From Fusobacteriota bacterium (GTDB taxonomy: Bacteria > Fusobacteriota > Fusobacteriia > Fusobacteriales > JBNJFI01): a stretch of 64,000 nucleotides of DNA. A program made the translations under genes and the position numbers. Positions 9,452 through 18,989 of the stretch are shown here, piece after piece; position 1 is the first letter of the stretch; the number at the start of each line of letters is the position of its first letter. The stretch is from positions 9,071 to 73,070 of the forward strand of contig JBNJFI010000003.1 of assembly GCA_051746725.1 (NCBI GenBank). Direction: 5' to 3'. A model generated the notes under the pieces. It saw only the letters and a list, made by a program, of their open reading frames with translations, did no database searches and was not told the DNA's origin.

Positions 9452-10039
9452 ATGATAAAATTCATATTAATGGCAATATCATATATTTTAGGAAGTGTTC
9501 CAAATGGCGTTATTTTTGGAAAAGTATTAAAAGGAAAAGATATAAGAAATTATGGAAGTAAAAATACAGGTGCAACAAATGCCTATAGAGTTTTTGGAAA
9601 AGGAATAGGTATTACTGTACTGATAGGAGATATATTAAAAGGGGCTGCTCCAGTATTAATAGGAAAATATTTTGAAATGCCTGATTTATATCTTGTTTTA
9701 ATAGGAGCTTTTGCAATATTAGGACATACAAATTCAATTTTTTTGAAATTTAAAGGTGGAAAAGGTGTTGCAACTAGTTTAGGAGTGTTTTTAGTTTTGA
9801 TTCCTAAAGTTGTTTTGGCATTAATTATAGTATTTATAGGGATTGTATATTTTTCAAGATATGTGTCACTTGCTTCGATTACAGTTGCAGCTTTAATGCC
9901 AATTTTAGAATTGATTTTCTATGGAAGTCAAAGAATTTCAATTTTTATTTTTACAGTTATTATGGCAGCTTATGTAATATATAGACATAAAGCAAATATT
10001 AAGAGATTAATAAATGGAGAAGAAAATAGATTTAAATAA
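9452..10039 (+). CDS. plsY: Glycerol-3-phosphate acyltransferase PlsY
   Basis: SYILGS.P, GSKNTGATN, DILKG, GH, FKGGKGVAT, YVSLAS, HKANI.RL..GEE. Confidence 0.95.
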   Translation: MIKFILMAISYILGSVPNGVIFGKVLKGKDIRNYGSKNTGATNAYRVFGKGIGITVLIGDILKGAAPVLIGKYFEMPDLYLVLIGAFAILGHTNSIFLKFKGGKGVATSLGVFLVLIPKVVLALIIVFIGIVYFSRYVSLASITVAALMPILELIFYGSQRISIFIFTVIMAAYVIYRHKANIKRLINGEENRFK

Positions 10040-10048
10040 GGAGGAATT

Positions 10049-11062
10049 ATGAGTCCTAAGAATAAAATTGTAGTAATGGGCGCCGGTAGTTGGGGAACAA
10101 CCTTGGCTATTTTATTAGCTAAAAAAGGAAATGATGTAACTCTATGGGAATATATGCCAGAAGTTGCTGAAAAACTAAAAAAAGACAGAGAAAATAAAAC
10201 ATATTTAAAAGGTGTAAAATTTCCAGATAACCTAAAAGTAACTAATAATACAGAAAACTTGTTAAGTGATGTTAATTATTTAGTCTTTTCTGTTCCGTCG
10301 CAATATTTACGAAATATTGTAAAATTAGTAGCTTCTCAAATGAGAGAAGAGCTTACAATTGTTGATACAGGAAAAGGAATAGAGATTGATACTCAAAAAA
10401 GGTTATCTCAAGTTATTGAAGATGAAATCGAGGAAAAATATCATAATAACATCGTAGTTCTGTCTGGACCTACTCATGCAGAGGAAGTTGCAAAAAAGAA
10501 GCCATCTGCAATAGTTGCTGCAGCTAAAGAGAGATATATTGCCAAAAAAGTACAGGGCTTATTTAGTACTAGTTATTTCCGAGTATATTCAAATACTGAT
10601 ATAGTTGGAGTTGAGTTGGCAGGTGCCTTAAAAAATTGTATAGCAATAGCATCTGGTGTATCAGATGGTATGAACTATGGAGATAATACAAAGGCCGCTT
10701 TAATAACTAGAGGTTTACAAGAGATGGTGAGATTTGGTCGTGAATTTGGAGCTAATGAGAAAACTTTTTCAGGATTATCTGGAATAGGGGATCTAATAAC
10801 TACATGTACAAGTAAACATAGTAGAAATAGGTATTTCGGAGAAGAACTAGGAAAGGGTAAAAAAAAGGATCAAATTTTAGAAAATATGGTTATGGTTGCA
10901 GAAGGAGTACCTACTGTTAAAGCGGTATATGAAATTGCAAAATCAAGATCTATTTCAATGCCAGTTGTTGAAGGCCTGTATGATATCATTTATAATGAAA
11001 AAGCTCCAGAAAAAATTTTATCAAAACTCATGAATCGGGAACTAAAGGATGAATTTTATTAA
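10049..11062 (+). CDS. gpsA: NAD(P)H-dependent glycerol-3-phosphate dehydrogenase
   Basis: GAGSWGT, KGIE, SGPTHAEEV, GALKN, GDLITTCTSKHSRN, VAEGV. Confidence 0.96.
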   Translation: MSPKNKIVVMGAGSWGTTLAILLAKKGNDVTLWEYMPEVAEKLKKDRENKTYLKGVKFPDNLKVTNNTENLLSDVNYLVFSVPSQYLRNIVKLVASQMREELTIVDTGKGIEIDTQKRLSQVIEDEIEEKYHNNIVVLSGPTHAEEVAKKKPSAIVAAAKERYIAKKVQGLFSTSYFRVYSNTDIVGVELAGALKNCIAIASGVSDGMNYGDNTKAALITRGLQEMVRFGREFGANEKTFSGLSGIGDLITTCTSKHSRNRYFGEELGKGKKKDQILENMVMVAEGVPTVKAVYEIAKSRSISMPVVEGLYDIIYNEKAPEKILSKLMNRELKDEFY

Positions 11063-11068
11063 AAAATC

Positions 11069-11097
11069 TTGAAAATTTTAAAAATAAAAGGTATAAT
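11069..11097 (+). promoter_or_regulatory. Sigma70-type promoter for STAS-dnaN-glgB
   Basis: TTGAAA (11069-11074), 17-bp spacer, TATAAT (11092-11097). Confidence 0.65.
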
Positions 11098-11146
11098 AAA
11101 TTAAGAAATAAAATAAAAATTGATATTTAGATGATAGGAGGAAATT

Positions 11147-11485
11147 ATGAAGTTAGATATGACAAAAGAAGAAAATGGTATAAAATTAGTATCCATTGAA
11201 GGTGAAATAGATGTATATACTTCTTTAGAAATAAAAAAAGATTTAAATCAAATAATTGATGAAGATGGATTAAAATTAGTTATAGATTTAGATCAAGTTA
11301 CTTACATAGACAGTTCAGGGCTAGGAGTATTTGTTACAATTTTAAAAAAGATTAACAAAAAAGGTGGTAATATGAAACTTATAAACTTACAACCTAGTGT
11401 AGAGAAAATTTTTGAAATAACAAGGCTTAAAAAGTTTTTTGAGATTTATGAAAATAAAGAAGAGGCAATAAAAAGTTTTAATTAA
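11147..11485 (+). CDS. STAS-domain anti-sigma-factor antagonist (RsbV/SpoIIAA family)
   Basis: GEIDVYT, V.YIDSSGLG with the phosphorylatable Ser, IFEITRL. Confidence 0.9.
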   Translation: MKLDMTKEENGIKLVSIEGEIDVYTSLEIKKDLNQIIDEDGLKLVIDLDQVTYIDSSGLGVFVTILKKINKKGGNMKLINLQPSVEKIFEITRLKKFFEIYENKEEAIKSFN

Positions 11486-11493
11486 TCAGGAGG

Positions 11494-12633
11494 ATGGATA
11501 GAAATATGCTTAATATAAAAATAGATAGAGAAGCTTTTTTGAAAGGACTTAAAGTTGTAGAAAATGCAATTAATGAAAATAAGATAAGACCAGTTATTTC
11601 TGGAGTTTATCTTAAAACAGAAAATAATCAAATTATTTTAAAGGGAACAGACCTTGAACTTACAATTGATATTACAGTAGAAGGAGAAATAATAGAAGAA
11701 GGAGCAATTGTATTTTCTCATAAATTAGTTGAAGAATATGTAAAAGAGATAAACACAGAAAAATTAGAATTAATTGAAAAAAATGGAGAATTAAAAATCC
11801 AAACTTCTGATTCTGTATCAAAATTTTCCTTATATGAAGCTGAAGAATACCCAGTTATTCAAGAGTTAGATAATGGAAAGGAATTTTATATAGATAAGAA
11901 AAAATTTCAAACTTCTCTTGAGAATACAAGAATTGCAGCTGCGGAATCAACAGAAAATTTAGCAATAAATTGTGTTAGATTAGAAATAACGGATGATAAA
12001 ATAAAAATGATATCTTCCGACAGTTTTAGAATGGCATATAATGAATTAGAAATAGAAAATGAAGAAAATAAAGGTAAAAATCTTAAAATAAGTATACCAT
12101 TGAAAACAGTAGATAGTTTTTTAAAAGTTATAAAATTAGATGAAAGTAAGAGTGTCAACCTGAGATATGAAGGAAGTCAAGTTTATTTTAGAATAGGAAA
12201 CATATCTATTTTAAGTAGAACAATAGACTTGTCTTTTCCAGATTATGAAGCTATATTAGGGAATGCCGTTTATAATAAAAAAGTTTTATCTAACAAAAAA
12301 GAATTAAAAGCTATATTACGTAGGGTATTAATTTTTGTAAGAAATAATACTGAAACTAAAAATAGTGGAATCTTTAACTTTGTTGGAAATGAATTATTAA
12401 TAAAAGGTGTGTCTGATAGAGCAAAGGTAAATGAAAAAGTAGAAACATTAAAAACAGGTGATGATCTGAAGATATCACTGAATGTAAAGTATTTATTAGA
12501 TTTTATTAATCGATTAGATAGTGAAAATATTGAAATGGAGTTACAAAATGCCAGTAGTGCTGTTTTATTACACGGTGAAGATGATAAAAGTTATAAATAC
12601 CTTACAATGCCTTTGGCTTTAAGAGAAGAATAA
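11494..12633 (+). CDS. dnaN: DNA polymerase III beta clamp
   Basis: GTDLEL, SDSFRM, FPDY, NVKYLLD, C-terminal LTMPL; about 375 aa. The true start may be ATG 11506 given RBS spacing. Confidence 0.92.
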   Translation: MDRNMLNIKIDREAFLKGLKVVENAINENKIRPVISGVYLKTENNQIILKGTDLELTIDITVEGEIIEEGAIVFSHKLVEEYVKEINTEKLELIEKNGELKIQTSDSVSKFSLYEAEEYPVIQELDNGKEFYIDKKKFQTSLENTRIAAAESTENLAINCVRLEITDDKIKMISSDSFRMAYNELEIENEENKGKNLKISIPLKTVDSFLKVIKLDESKSVNLRYEGSQVYFRIGNISILSRTIDLSFPDYEAILGNAVYNKKVLSNKKELKAILRRVLIFVRNNTETKNSGIFNFVGNELLIKGVSDRAKVNEKVETLKTGDDLKISLNVKYLLDFINRLDSENIEMELQNASSAVLLHGEDDKSYKYLTMPLALREE

Positions 12634-12658
12634 AACGAAGAAAATAAAGGGGGAAAAG

Positions 12659-14842
12659 ATGGCAGTAATAAGAAAAGATGAATTAAATTCAATTTTAAAT
12701 GCTAATACTAAAGATCCATTTCATTTTCTAGGATTAAGAAAAACTGAAAATGGAAAATCTATAATTAGAGTTTGTCACCCAGGTGCAAAAAAGGTGGAAA
12801 TAATCTCAGATGAATTAGACGGATATAGAGAAATAACTAAAATTCATAAAGATGGTTTTTTTGAAGAGCAGTTAGATGAAGATATATCAAAATATACACT
12901 ACGATATACAAACTTTTTTGGGGATACATGGGAATCAAAGGATCCTTATTCTTTTTTGCCAGTTTTAACTGATTATGATATTCATTTATTTAGTGAAGGT
13001 AACCACCACAGGATTTATGAGAAAATGGGAGCACACATTATTGAACATGAAGGTATAACAGGAGTACATTTTTCTATTTGGGCCCCTAATGCCCAGAGAG
13101 TAAGCGTAATAGGAGATTTTAACGCTTGGGATGGTAGAGTTCATCAAATGAGAATGCTTGGTTCCTCTGGAATTTGGGAGATATTTATTCCAGGAATTAA
13201 AGAAGGAGATAAATATAGATTTGAAATAAAATCTGTACAAGGAAATATCTTATTAAAATCTGATCCATATGCTTTTTATTCAGAGGTAAGGCCTGCGAAT
13301 GCTTCTATTGTTTATGACATAAATGAAAAACATGAATGGAATGATAAATTATGGATGAAAAATAGATCTCAAACTAATTGGTTGGAAGAACCTATCTCTA
13401 CATATGAGGTACATTTAGGATCTTGGGCCAGAAAAGCAGGAAATGAATTTTTAACTTACAAAGAAATGGCAGATAAATTAGTTAAATATGTTTCAGATAA
13501 TAATTATACTCATATTGAGTTAATGCCAGTTGCAGAACATCCTTTGGATGAATCTTGGGGATATCAGGTTACAGGTTTTTTCTCTGTAAATAGTCGATTT
13601 GGAAAACCTGAAGAATTAATGTATCTGATAGATGAATTTCATAAACATAATATTGGAGTTATAATGGATTGGGTACCAGGGCATTTTCCAAAGGATCCCC
13701 ATGGATTGGGAAGATTAGATGGAAGTGGTGTTTACGAACATGTAGATCCTAAACAAGGAGAGCATCCTGATTGGGGAACATATATATTTAATTATGGCCG
13801 AAATGAAGTTACTAACTTTTTAATAACAAATGCTCTATATTGGTTAGATAAGTTTCACATTGATGGACTGCGAGTAGATGCAGTTGCATCTATGTTATAT
13901 CTTGATTATAGTAAAGAAGAAGGTCAATGGGTACCAAATAAACATGGAGGAAGAGAAAACTTAGAAGCAATAGAATTTTTACAATATTTTAATTCTATTT
14001 CTCATAAATATTATCCAGGAATTTTAACAATTGCAGAAGAATCGACTTCTTTTAGTGGGGTTTCTCAGCCTACTTATTTAGGTGGATTAGGTTTTTCTAT
14101 GAAATGGAATATGGGATGGATGAATGATTCTCTTGAATATATAAAGAAAGATCCGATATATAGAAAATATCATCAAGGTAGTTTAACTTTTTCACTTATA
14201 TACGCATTTTCTGAAAATTTCAAATTAGTAATATCGCATGATGAAGTAGTTCATGGAAAAGGTTCAATGTTAGATAAAATGCCAGGGGATAATTGGCAAA
14301 AATTTGCAAACTTAAGATTATTTTATTCATATATGTATGCACATCCAGGGAAAAAGTTGTTATTTATGGGTGGTGAATTTGGACAATGGAAAGAATGGAC
14401 TTGTAAAAATAGTCTAGATTGGCATTTATTAGAATATGAACCACATCGAAAGCTTTTGGATTTTACTAGAGATCTAAATGGATTATATAAAAATGAAGAA
14501 GCTTTATATGAAGTTGATTTTGATGGAAAGGGATTTGAATGGATTGACTTTACAGATAGTGATAATAGCATAATATCTTTTATTAGAAAATCAAAAGATG
14601 AAAGTGAAATAATAGTATGTGTATTTAATTTTACTCCTATGACACATGAAAACTATCGAATAGGTGTAAATAAACCAGGTTTTTATGAAGAAATTTTTAA
14701 TTCGGATTCGCAGAGGTATTGGGGAAGCAATTTTGGAAATTATGGAGGATTGTGGAGTGAAGATCTTCCGTGGCAAGGAAAGCAACATTCATTAAAAATT
14801 AATATTCCTCCATTATCAGGAGTGTATTTTAAATTAAAATAA
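12659..14842 (+). CDS. glgB: 1,4-alpha-glucan branching enzyme (GH13)
   Basis: WAPNA, YEVHLGSW, SWGYQ, DWVPGHF, GLRVDAVASM, AEES, SHDEVVHGK. Confidence 0.97.
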   Translation: MAVIRKDELNSILNANTKDPFHFLGLRKTENGKSIIRVCHPGAKKVEIISDELDGYREITKIHKDGFFEEQLDEDISKYTLRYTNFFGDTWESKDPYSFLPVLTDYDIHLFSEGNHHRIYEKMGAHIIEHEGITGVHFSIWAPNAQRVSVIGDFNAWDGRVHQMRMLGSSGIWEIFIPGIKEGDKYRFEIKSVQGNILLKSDPYAFYSEVRPANASIVYDINEKHEWNDKLWMKNRSQTNWLEEPISTYEVHLGSWARKAGNEFLTYKEMADKLVKYVSDNNYTHIELMPVAEHPLDESWGYQVTGFFSVNSRFGKPEELMYLIDEFHKHNIGVIMDWVPGHFPKDPHGLGRLDGSGVYEHVDPKQGEHPDWGTYIFNYGRNEVTNFLITNALYWLDKFHIDGLRVDAVASMLYLDYSKEEGQWVPNKHGGRENLEAIEFLQYFNSISHKYYPGILTIAEESTSFSGVSQPTYLGGLGFSMKWNMGWMNDSLEYIKKDPIYRKYHQGSLTFSLIYAFSENFKLVISHDEVVHGKGSMLDKMPGDNWQKFANLRLFYSYMYAHPGKKLLFMGGEFGQWKEWTCKNSLDWHLLEYEPHRKLLDFTRDLNGLYKNEEALYEVDFDGKGFEWIDFTDSDNSIISFIRKSKDESEIIVCVFNFTPMTHENYRIGVNKPGFYEEIFNSDSQRYWGSNFGNYGGLWSEDLPWQGKQHSLKINIPPLSGVYFKLK

Positions 14843-14850
14843 TATAAGAG

Positions 14851-14877
14851 AGAGTCTGTATTAAGCAGGCTCTTTTC
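14851..14877 (+). terminator. Intrinsic terminator after glgB
   Basis: AGAGTCTGT-ATTAA-GCAGGCTCT stem with two G.U pairs, followed by TTT. Confidence 0.65.
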
Positions 14878-14887
14878 ATATTTATGA

Positions 14888-14916
14888 TTGAATTCATGTT
14901 CTTTTTATGGTATACT
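14888..14916 (+). promoter_or_regulatory. Sigma70-type promoter upstream of udk, at the head of the long gene run
   Basis: TTGAAT (14888-14893), 17-bp spacer, TATACT (14911-14916), extended -10 TG. Confidence 0.65.
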
Positions 14917-14960
14917 ATAATATGATAATTACAAAGTAAATTTTAGAAATAGGAGGAGAG

Positions 14961-15569
14961 ATGGAGACAATATTTGTAGGGGTAGCAGGTGGTACTGGCT
15001 CCGGGAAAACCACCGTCGCTCGTAATATAGTTAGAAACTTTAACCAAGAAGTTACCATAATAAAACAGGATTCTTATTATAAAGATTTATCAGATTTGCC
15101 ATTTAATGAGAGAAAAGAAATGAATTTTGATCATCCCGATGCAATTGATTTTAAATTATTGATTAATCATCTGAAAAAATTAAAAAAAAGTATAAAAATA
15201 AAAAAACCTAAGTACAATTTTAAAACTCATTTACGAGAATTAGAAGGGGAAATGGTAGAACCTAAAAAGATTATTATAGTTGAGGGGATTTTAATTTTTG
15301 CTATTCCTGAATTAATGAAATTATTTGATATGAAATTATTTGTAGATACAGATGAAGATATAAGGCTACTTAGACGAATTGGTCGTGATATAGATGAAAG
15401 AGATAGAACATTTGAAAGTATAAAAAAACAATATTTAACAACTGTTAAGCCAATGTATCTTGAATTTGTAGAGCCAAGTAAAAGATATGCTGATATTATA
15501 ATACCTCGTGGAGGAAAGAATAAAATAGCAATAAAGATGGTTGTAGCCAAGTTAAAAAGTCTACTATAA
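14961..15569 (+). CDS. udk: Uridine kinase
   Basis: GVAGGTGSGKTT, QDSYY, NFDHPDA, VEGIL, RR..RD..ER, EPSKRYADIIIP.GG.N. Confidence 0.95.
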   Translation: METIFVGVAGGTGSGKTTVARNIVRNFNQEVTIIKQDSYYKDLSDLPFNERKEMNFDHPDAIDFKLLINHLKKLKKSIKIKKPKYNFKTHLRELEGEMVEPKKIIIVEGILIFAIPELMKLFDMKLFVDTDEDIRLLRRIGRDIDERDRTFESIKKQYLTTVKPMYLEFVEPSKRYADIIIPRGGKNKIAIKMVVAKLKSLL

Positions 15570-15599
15570 AAATCCATTATGATAGAAAGGTAATAAAGT

Positions 15600-16151
15600 A
15601 TGAAAAAAATTATGATATATATAGGAAAATTTATTTTAACTTTAAAAGTGATATATGTTTTAATCCGGGGAAGATTTAATAAAAATAGTGATTATCAGGA
15701 TAGTGATATTTCAAAAAAGTTTGTAAAAAAAAATAATAAACGAGTTTTAAAAAAACTTAAAAAAATGAAAATTTCAAGAGAAGACATAGTTATTTTATTA
15801 CCCCATTGTATCCAAGATTATAACTGTAATATAAAAATAACTTCTAATATAGATAATTGTAAACAATGTGGAATTTGTGAGATTGGAGATATATTGGAAA
15901 TTCAAAAAAGGTTCGGTATAGATGTAAAAGTTGCAACTGGTGGGACCCTTGCAAGAATCTATTTGAAAAAACGAAAACCTAAATTGGTTATTGCAGTTGC
16001 GTGTGAGCGTGACTTGGTAACTGGGATATATGATGCCTATCCATTGTTGGTATATGGCATATTTAATCTAAGAATTAATGGACCATGTTATAATACTAAA
16101 ATAGATTTCAGGGAAATTGAAAAGGTTTTAAAAAAGATAATAGGAGGTTAG
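15600..16151 (+). CDS. DUF116 family Cys-rich protein
   Basis: LLPHCIQ, CKQCG.C, ATGGTLAR, AVACERDL, GPC.NT. Confidence 0.85.
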   Translation: MKKIMIYIGKFILTLKVIYVLIRGRFNKNSDYQDSDISKKFVKKNNKRVLKKLKKMKISREDIVILLPHCIQDYNCNIKITSNIDNCKQCGICEIGDILEIQKRFGIDVKVATGGTLARIYLKKRKPKLVIAVACERDLVTGIYDAYPLLVYGIFNLRINGPCYNTKIDFREIEKVLKKIIGG

Positions 16152-16154
16152 AAA

Positions 16155-18989
16155 ATGAGTAAAAAAATTTTGACTATAATTAGTTTGGTTTTAATTATAA
16201 ACTCCCATATTTTAGCAGGTGAAAGAGAAGACATAAAATATATTAATCGCCTAAATAAAGAGGGGTATTCAGAAGAACTAGTTGTTGAAGGGGAAAAATT
16301 TTTAAAAAAATATCCAGATTCAGAAATTAGAAATTCTATAATAAATTTAGTAGCGTATAATCATTACAAATTAGGAAATTACAATAAGGCCTATGGAGGG
16401 TTTTCAAAACTTACAGATAGTGAGTTTAAAAATGAGGCACACTATTTTTTACTGCAAATATCTTTAAGAAAAGGTGAATTATATAATATTGATAAGCATC
16501 TTGCAAATATTGATTCAAAAAATATATTAAAAAATAATGCTCTATATTATGTTGGGAACTTTTTTTATAAAAGAAAAGATTATAATGAATCTAAAAAATA
16601 TTTTAGAGAACTTTTAAAAGTAGAAGGAGATTATACAAATTTAGCTTTTAAAAAATTAGGGTTAATTTACTATCAAAACAAAGAATATATAAAAGCTACA
16701 ATTGTTTTAGAAGAATATATTAATAATACAGAAAATCATGACGATGAAGATCTTCCAGTTATATATTATGTATTAGGGAGATCTTATGAAAGGACTAAAG
16801 AATATGATTCTGCTATAAAAAACTATGATAAATTAAGTGAATTCCCAGAAAATCAATACAGTGACGTAGCTTTATATAGAAAAGCTGTAATATACAGTCA
16901 GACAAATGAACCTGATATGATAGCTAGTTTGGTTTTGAAACTAGAAGGCACAGAATATTTTGAGAAAACTTTGCTACTGTTGGCAAAAGAAGAATATAAT
17001 AATGAAAACTACTCTAAGGCAGAAAAAACATTTAGGAAAGTTTTAGAAAATGATATTGAAAATAAAGATAAAATTAAATATGAATTAATAATGTCTCTGT
17101 TAAAACAGAAAAAATACGATGCAGCCATGGTTGAATTAAAGGAGTTAAAAAATACAAAATATCATGGAGAATATGTTTATTACACAAGTTATATTTTAAA
17201 TAGCCAAAATGAATATGCAGCTATTTTAGAATTTGAAAAAAACTTAAATTTAGAAAATGTTAGTGATGAATATAAAAAGGATACTTATATATCTTTTGCC
17301 GAAGCTGCTTATAAAAATAAAGAATATAATAAGGCATTAGAATATTTAAATAAACTAGAAGGACTAAAATATATTTATAGGAAAATAGATATATATATAA
17401 AACAGGAAAACACTTCTAAAGTTATCGAAACCATGGATGAATATGCAAAAAAATATAAAGACGATAACACATATAAAAAAGAAATAGTCAATATGGTAGG
17501 AGAATTTTTGATAAGAGTTGAAAAATATTCATTGGCAGAAAAATATTATAGAGATTACCTTGAAAAATATAAAGATGAAGATGTTGCCAATAATCTCGTA
17601 TATGCATTATATGAGCAAGATAAATATAATGAAATGATAACTTTTTTGAATAGCCAAAGAATTACTGAGGAAAATTTATATGTAAAGGGACTTGCATTTT
17701 TAGGACTTCAAGATTATGAAAATGCAGAGATAGTTTTTCGAAACCTATTAAAAAGAGATGAGTTAAAAAAGAAACAAAGAGTATATGAAAAATTAATTAC
17801 TGTATTATATAATCAAGAAAAATATAAAAATCAAATAAAGATTACTGATGAATATATTGCTGAGGTAAATGATGCGGATATCGTATGGGCGTTAGACAAA
17901 AAAGGGCAAGCCTATTTTAAGCTAGAAGAATACGATGATGCAATCTCAGTATATGAAAAATTGAAAAAATATGATTCTGTAAAAGATTATGCTTTTTTGA
18001 AATTAGCTCAAATCCAATATAACTTAGGAAATGATGATAAAGCACTATCTAATTACAAACATATTTTAAATAATTTTCCAAGCTCAGAATATCATAAACA
18101 AAGTTTATATTGGATAATAACTATAAATTGGCAACTTAATAAGGATGATGAAGCAGTTGAATATATTAATTGGTTCCTCAAAAACTATGATACAGATGAT
18201 GAATATTCAGGAGATATAATTTATTATTTAGGGAATATATACTTGAAGAAAGATAAACCAAAATTAGCTATTGCAGAATATGAGAAAGTCATAGATAAAG
18301 TTCAGGATGAAGGAACTAAAAATCGAGTGAGACGAGAACTACTAAAGTTGTATTATGACTTAGAAGAATTCGCAGAAGCTCTTAGTTTGATTGATAATTT
18401 TGAAGATGAAAATTTCCAAAATTATTGGAAAGCTCTAGTATATAAAAAACAAAATAAGATGGATTTAGCAATTGAAAATTTCAAATCTTTATTGAAAACT
18501 GAGGATTTTGGAGATAGAGCAAGTTATAATCTAGGGATCATATATTTTGAAAAGCAAAATTATAGCTTAGCGAGAGAATATCTATCAAGTGTTTTAGATT
18601 ATGATGTATCAAATTATAAAGATAGAGCAGCTTTGCATATAGGTCTAAGTTATGGAAGGGAAGGCAAATATCAAGAAGCTATAAATGTGCTACTTAAGAT
18701 AAGACTAATATATGTAAACAGTGATCTTCAAGATATAGCATTAATAAAAATTGCAGAGAATTACGAAAAAATGGGGGAAATACAAAAAAGTATACAAAGC
18801 TATATTGAATTTTACAATGAATTCAAAGATAGTCAATACTATGGTACCGTTTTAGAGCGATTAGTTCAACATTATTTAGAGGCTGAAAATATAAATGAAG
18901 CTCAAAAATACTACAATGATTTAATCGATGTGAAACCAGAAAAAGAAGAAATTTATGAAAATCATTTTGAAAACCAAGGAGGGAATTGA
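16155..18989 (+). CDS. Large exported tetratricopeptide-repeat protein
   Basis: Signal peptide, then continuous TPR-like helix pairs over about 900 aa (e.g. ALYYVGNFFYKRKDYNESKKYF, ASYNLGIIYFEKQNYSLAREY). Confidence 0.85.
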   Translation: MSKKILTIISLVLIINSHILAGEREDIKYINRLNKEGYSEELVVEGEKFLKKYPDSEIRNSIINLVAYNHYKLGNYNKAYGGFSKLTDSEFKNEAHYFLLQISLRKGELYNIDKHLANIDSKNILKNNALYYVGNFFYKRKDYNESKKYFRELLKVEGDYTNLAFKKLGLIYYQNKEYIKATIVLEEYINNTENHDDEDLPVIYYVLGRSYERTKEYDSAIKNYDKLSEFPENQYSDVALYRKAVIYSQTNEPDMIASLVLKLEGTEYFEKTLLLLAKEEYNNENYSKAEKTFRKVLENDIENKDKIKYELIMSLLKQKKYDAAMVELKELKNTKYHGEYVYYTSYILNSQNEYAAILEFEKNLNLENVSDEYKKDTYISFAEAAYKNKEYNKALEYLNKLEGLKYIYRKIDIYIKQENTSKVIETMDEYAKKYKDDNTYKKEIVNMVGEFLIRVEKYSLAEKYYRDYLEKYKDEDVANNLVYALYEQDKYNEMITFLNSQRITEENLYVKGLAFLGLQDYENAEIVFRNLLKRDELKKKQRVYEKLITVLYNQEKYKNQIKITDEYIAEVNDADIVWALDKKGQAYFKLEEYDDAISVYEKLKKYDSVKDYAFLKLAQIQYNLGNDDKALSNYKHILNNFPSSEYHKQSLYWIITINWQLNKDDEAVEYINWFLKNYDTDDEYSGDIIYYLGNIYLKKDKPKLAIAEYEKVIDKVQDEGTKNRVRRELLKLYYDLEEFAEALSLIDNFEDENFQNYWKALVYKKQNKMDLAIENFKSLLKTEDFGDRASYNLGIIYFEKQNYSLAREYLSSVLDYDVSNYKDRAALHIGLSYGREGKYQEAINVLLKIRLIYVNSDLQDIALIKIAENYEKMGEIQKSIQSYIEFYNEFKDSQYYGTVLERLVQHYLEAENINEAQKYYNDLIDVKPEKEEIYENHFENQGGN

